From: Pseudomonadales bacterium
Lineage (GTDB): Bacteria; Pseudomonadota; Gammaproteobacteria; Pseudomonadales; Pseudohongiellaceae
NCBI GenBank assembly: GCA_022763285.1
Contig: JALEHB010000252.1
Span: 3,502 to 67,501 of the forward strand
Reading direction: 5' to 3'
Length of the DNA stretch: 64,000 bases
The notes below the pieces were generated by a model. It had not been told where the DNA came from. It did no database searches and worked only from the letters and a program-made list of their open reading frames with translations. The translations under genes and the position numbers were made by a program. This document shows positions 62,574 to 64,000 of the stretch, piece after piece. The stretch's first letter is position 1, and the number at the start of each line of letters is the position of its first letter.

Positions 62574-63374
62574 ATGAACATGGAAACAATGTCAGGAATT
62601 CGGGCAACGCGGCCACGCCAGGTGAAGAGCAAGCGTCCGCTGCAGCCGAAAAAAAACATCAGGATCATACCGGTCTTTGCCGGCACGGTGCTGTTGAGCC
62701 TGACTGTACTTCTGGTGATGAATTTTTCCAGTGTCGCGGGATTCGTCAACCGCCCGGTCACCAAGGTGCGCATGGAAAATCAATGGCAGCAGGTTAGCGA
62801 GCAGGAAGTGAGCCGCTTGCTGGCGGCTTATCTGGGTGCCGGCTTCTTCAATTTTGAAGTGGCGGCCCTGAAAGAGGAACTGGAAACCCTGCCGTGGGTA
62901 CGACAGGCGGAAGTGACCCGATTGTGGCCCGACAGTCTGTCCCTGAATTTGCAGGAAGAAATCGCCATTGCCCGCTGGGGCGAGCATGAATTGCTCAGTC
63001 AGCAGGGGCAGGCATTCAGTCCGGCCAATGCCGCTGCCATGAGCAGTCTGCCGCGTCTGGCCGGCCCGGAAGGCAGCCAGATCGATGTCATGCGTCAGTA
63101 CCAGCAGCTCAATGAACTGCTGTTTCCCGCTGGCCTGCGCCTGAGCGCATTGACTCTCAGTGAGCGTGGCAGTTGGGAGTTGAGTGTTAACAATGAGATT
63201 GAAATCGCCGCAGGCAGAGAGAAGCTGGTGGAGCGAATCAATCGCTTTATTCGCTTCTATAACCAGAGCCCGGATTATGCGAAGTCGCAAATTGCCTCGG
63301 TGGATCTGCGTTACGACAACGGCCTGGCCGTGGTGAATCAGCTGCAGGAGTCGACCGAGGTAGCGGCGCGATGA
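62574..63374 (+). CDS. ftsQ: Cell division protein FtsQ
   Basis: 266 aa. Basic N-terminus, a single TM, then a POTRA-like region. Located between ddl and ftsA. Confidence 0.85.
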   Translation: MNMETMSGIRATRPRQVKSKRPLQPKKNIRIIPVFAGTVLLSLTVLLVMNFSSVAGFVNRPVTKVRMENQWQQVSEQEVSRLLAAYLGAGFFNFEVAALKEELETLPWVRQAEVTRLWPDSLSLNLQEEIAIARWGEHELLSQQGQAFSPANAAAMSSLPRLAGPEGSQIDVMRQYQQLNELLFPAGLRLSALTLSERGSWELSVNNEIEIAAGREKLVERINRFIRFYNQSPDYAKSQIASVDLRYDNGLAVVNQLQESTEVAAR

Positions 63375-63435
63375 ACACAATGACAGAACAAACTCGGACC
63401 GCCCCGGAGGGTGGATTTTCCGGAGAGCAACAACA

Positions 63436-64000
63436 ATGAGTGATGTGGTGAATGACAACATGATAGTCGGCCTCGATATTGGTACGTCCAAAGTCGTGGC
63501 GATTGTCGGCGAAATCAATGCAGACGGTAGCCTGGATATTGTCGGTATCGGTAGCCATCGGTCTCGCGGACTCAAGAAGGGCACGGTGGTCAATATCGAA
63601 TCCACGGTGGAGTCAATTCAGCGCGCTATTGAAGAGGCGGAGTTGATGGCAGGCTGCCAGATTCAGTCTGTTTATGCTGGCATTGCCGGCAGCCATATTC
63701 GCAGCATGAATTCCCATGGCATCGTCGCCATTCGTGACGGTGAAGTGATGAAGGCCGATATCGAGCGGGTCATTGATGCAGCCCAGGCGGTGGCGATTCC
63801 TGCCGACCAGAAGGTCCTGCATATCCTGCCGCAGGAATACATCATCGATTCCCAGGAAGGGGTCAAGGAACCCCTGGGCATGTCCGGAGTTCGGCTCGAG
63901 GCCAAGGTGCATCTGGTGACCTGTGCCATCAATGCAGTCCAGAACATTGAAAAATGTATCAAACGCTGTGGCCTGGAAACCGACGAGATCATTCTCGAGC
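63436..64000 (+). CDS. ftsA: Cell division protein FtsA (5' part, truncated by the window end)
   Basis: My translation from ATG 63436: MSDVVNDNMIVGLDIGTSKVVAIVGEINADGSLDIVGIGSHRSRGLKKG... This is the canonical FtsA N-terminus. The frame is open to base 64000. Confidence 0.93.
   Translation, partial: MSDVVNDNMIVGLDIGTSKVVAIVGEINADGSLDIVGIGSHRSRGLKKGTVVNIESTVESIQRAIEEAELMAGCQIQSVYAGIAGSHIRSMNSHGIVAIRDGEVMKADIERVIDAAQAVAIPADQKVLHILPQEYIIDSQEGVKEPLGMSGVRLEAKVHLVTCAINAVQNIEKCIKRCGLETDEIILE

Overview
This is a core-chromosome window from a moderately GC-rich gammaproteobacterium. It is almost entirely housekeeping genes, and gene order closely follows E. coli and Pseudomonas. Left to right: a CbrA-type SSS-domain sensor kinase (5' part only) with an overlapping small membrane ORF, then gluQ and dksA. 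Next come an aminotransferase and sfsA, then a minus-strand run of four genes (hypothetical membrane protein, second DksA/TraR zinc finger, Cys/Met PLP enzyme, Rieske protein). After that: a charged-helix lipoprotein, membrane pyrophosphatase hppA, apbC, an AGCS symporter, a DUF4212+SSS transporter pair, yjgA and mgtE. The rpoN/LPS block follows on the minus strand (npr, rapZ, ptsN, rpoN, lptB, lptA, lptC, kdsC, kdsD, yrbG). Then mlaC, ibaG, murA, hisG, hisD; a DegS/AlgW-type protease; a Nif3-like gene; cysNC and cysD; zapG, zapE, rplM, rpsI; petA plus a fused petB-petC; sspA, sspB; dolP, diaA, yraN, lpoA; rsmI; and RNase P RNA. The dcw cluster runs from mraZ to ftsA, which is cut by the window end. 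I saw no tRNA, rRNA, CRISPR array, transposase, integrase or phage genes; rnpB is the only RNA gene I can support. I found no convincing novel multi-gene system and say so plainly. The observations most worth a second look are: (1) cytochrome b and c1 encoded as one 686-codon ORF; (2) a 20-bp triplication of the kdsC start region that creates two 7-codon mini-ORFs chained by ATGA overlaps from the kdsD stop into kdsC; (3) an 11-bp tandem repeat flanked by hairpins upstream of the AGCS symporter; (4) a 58-codon two-helix ORF overlapping the start of the SSS-domain sensor kinase; (5) the uncharacterised four-gene run at 5015-8472; (6) local gene losses relative to the conserved locus (no mlaFED/mlaB, no hpf). 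All functional calls rest on motif recognition and synteny from memory, not on database searches.
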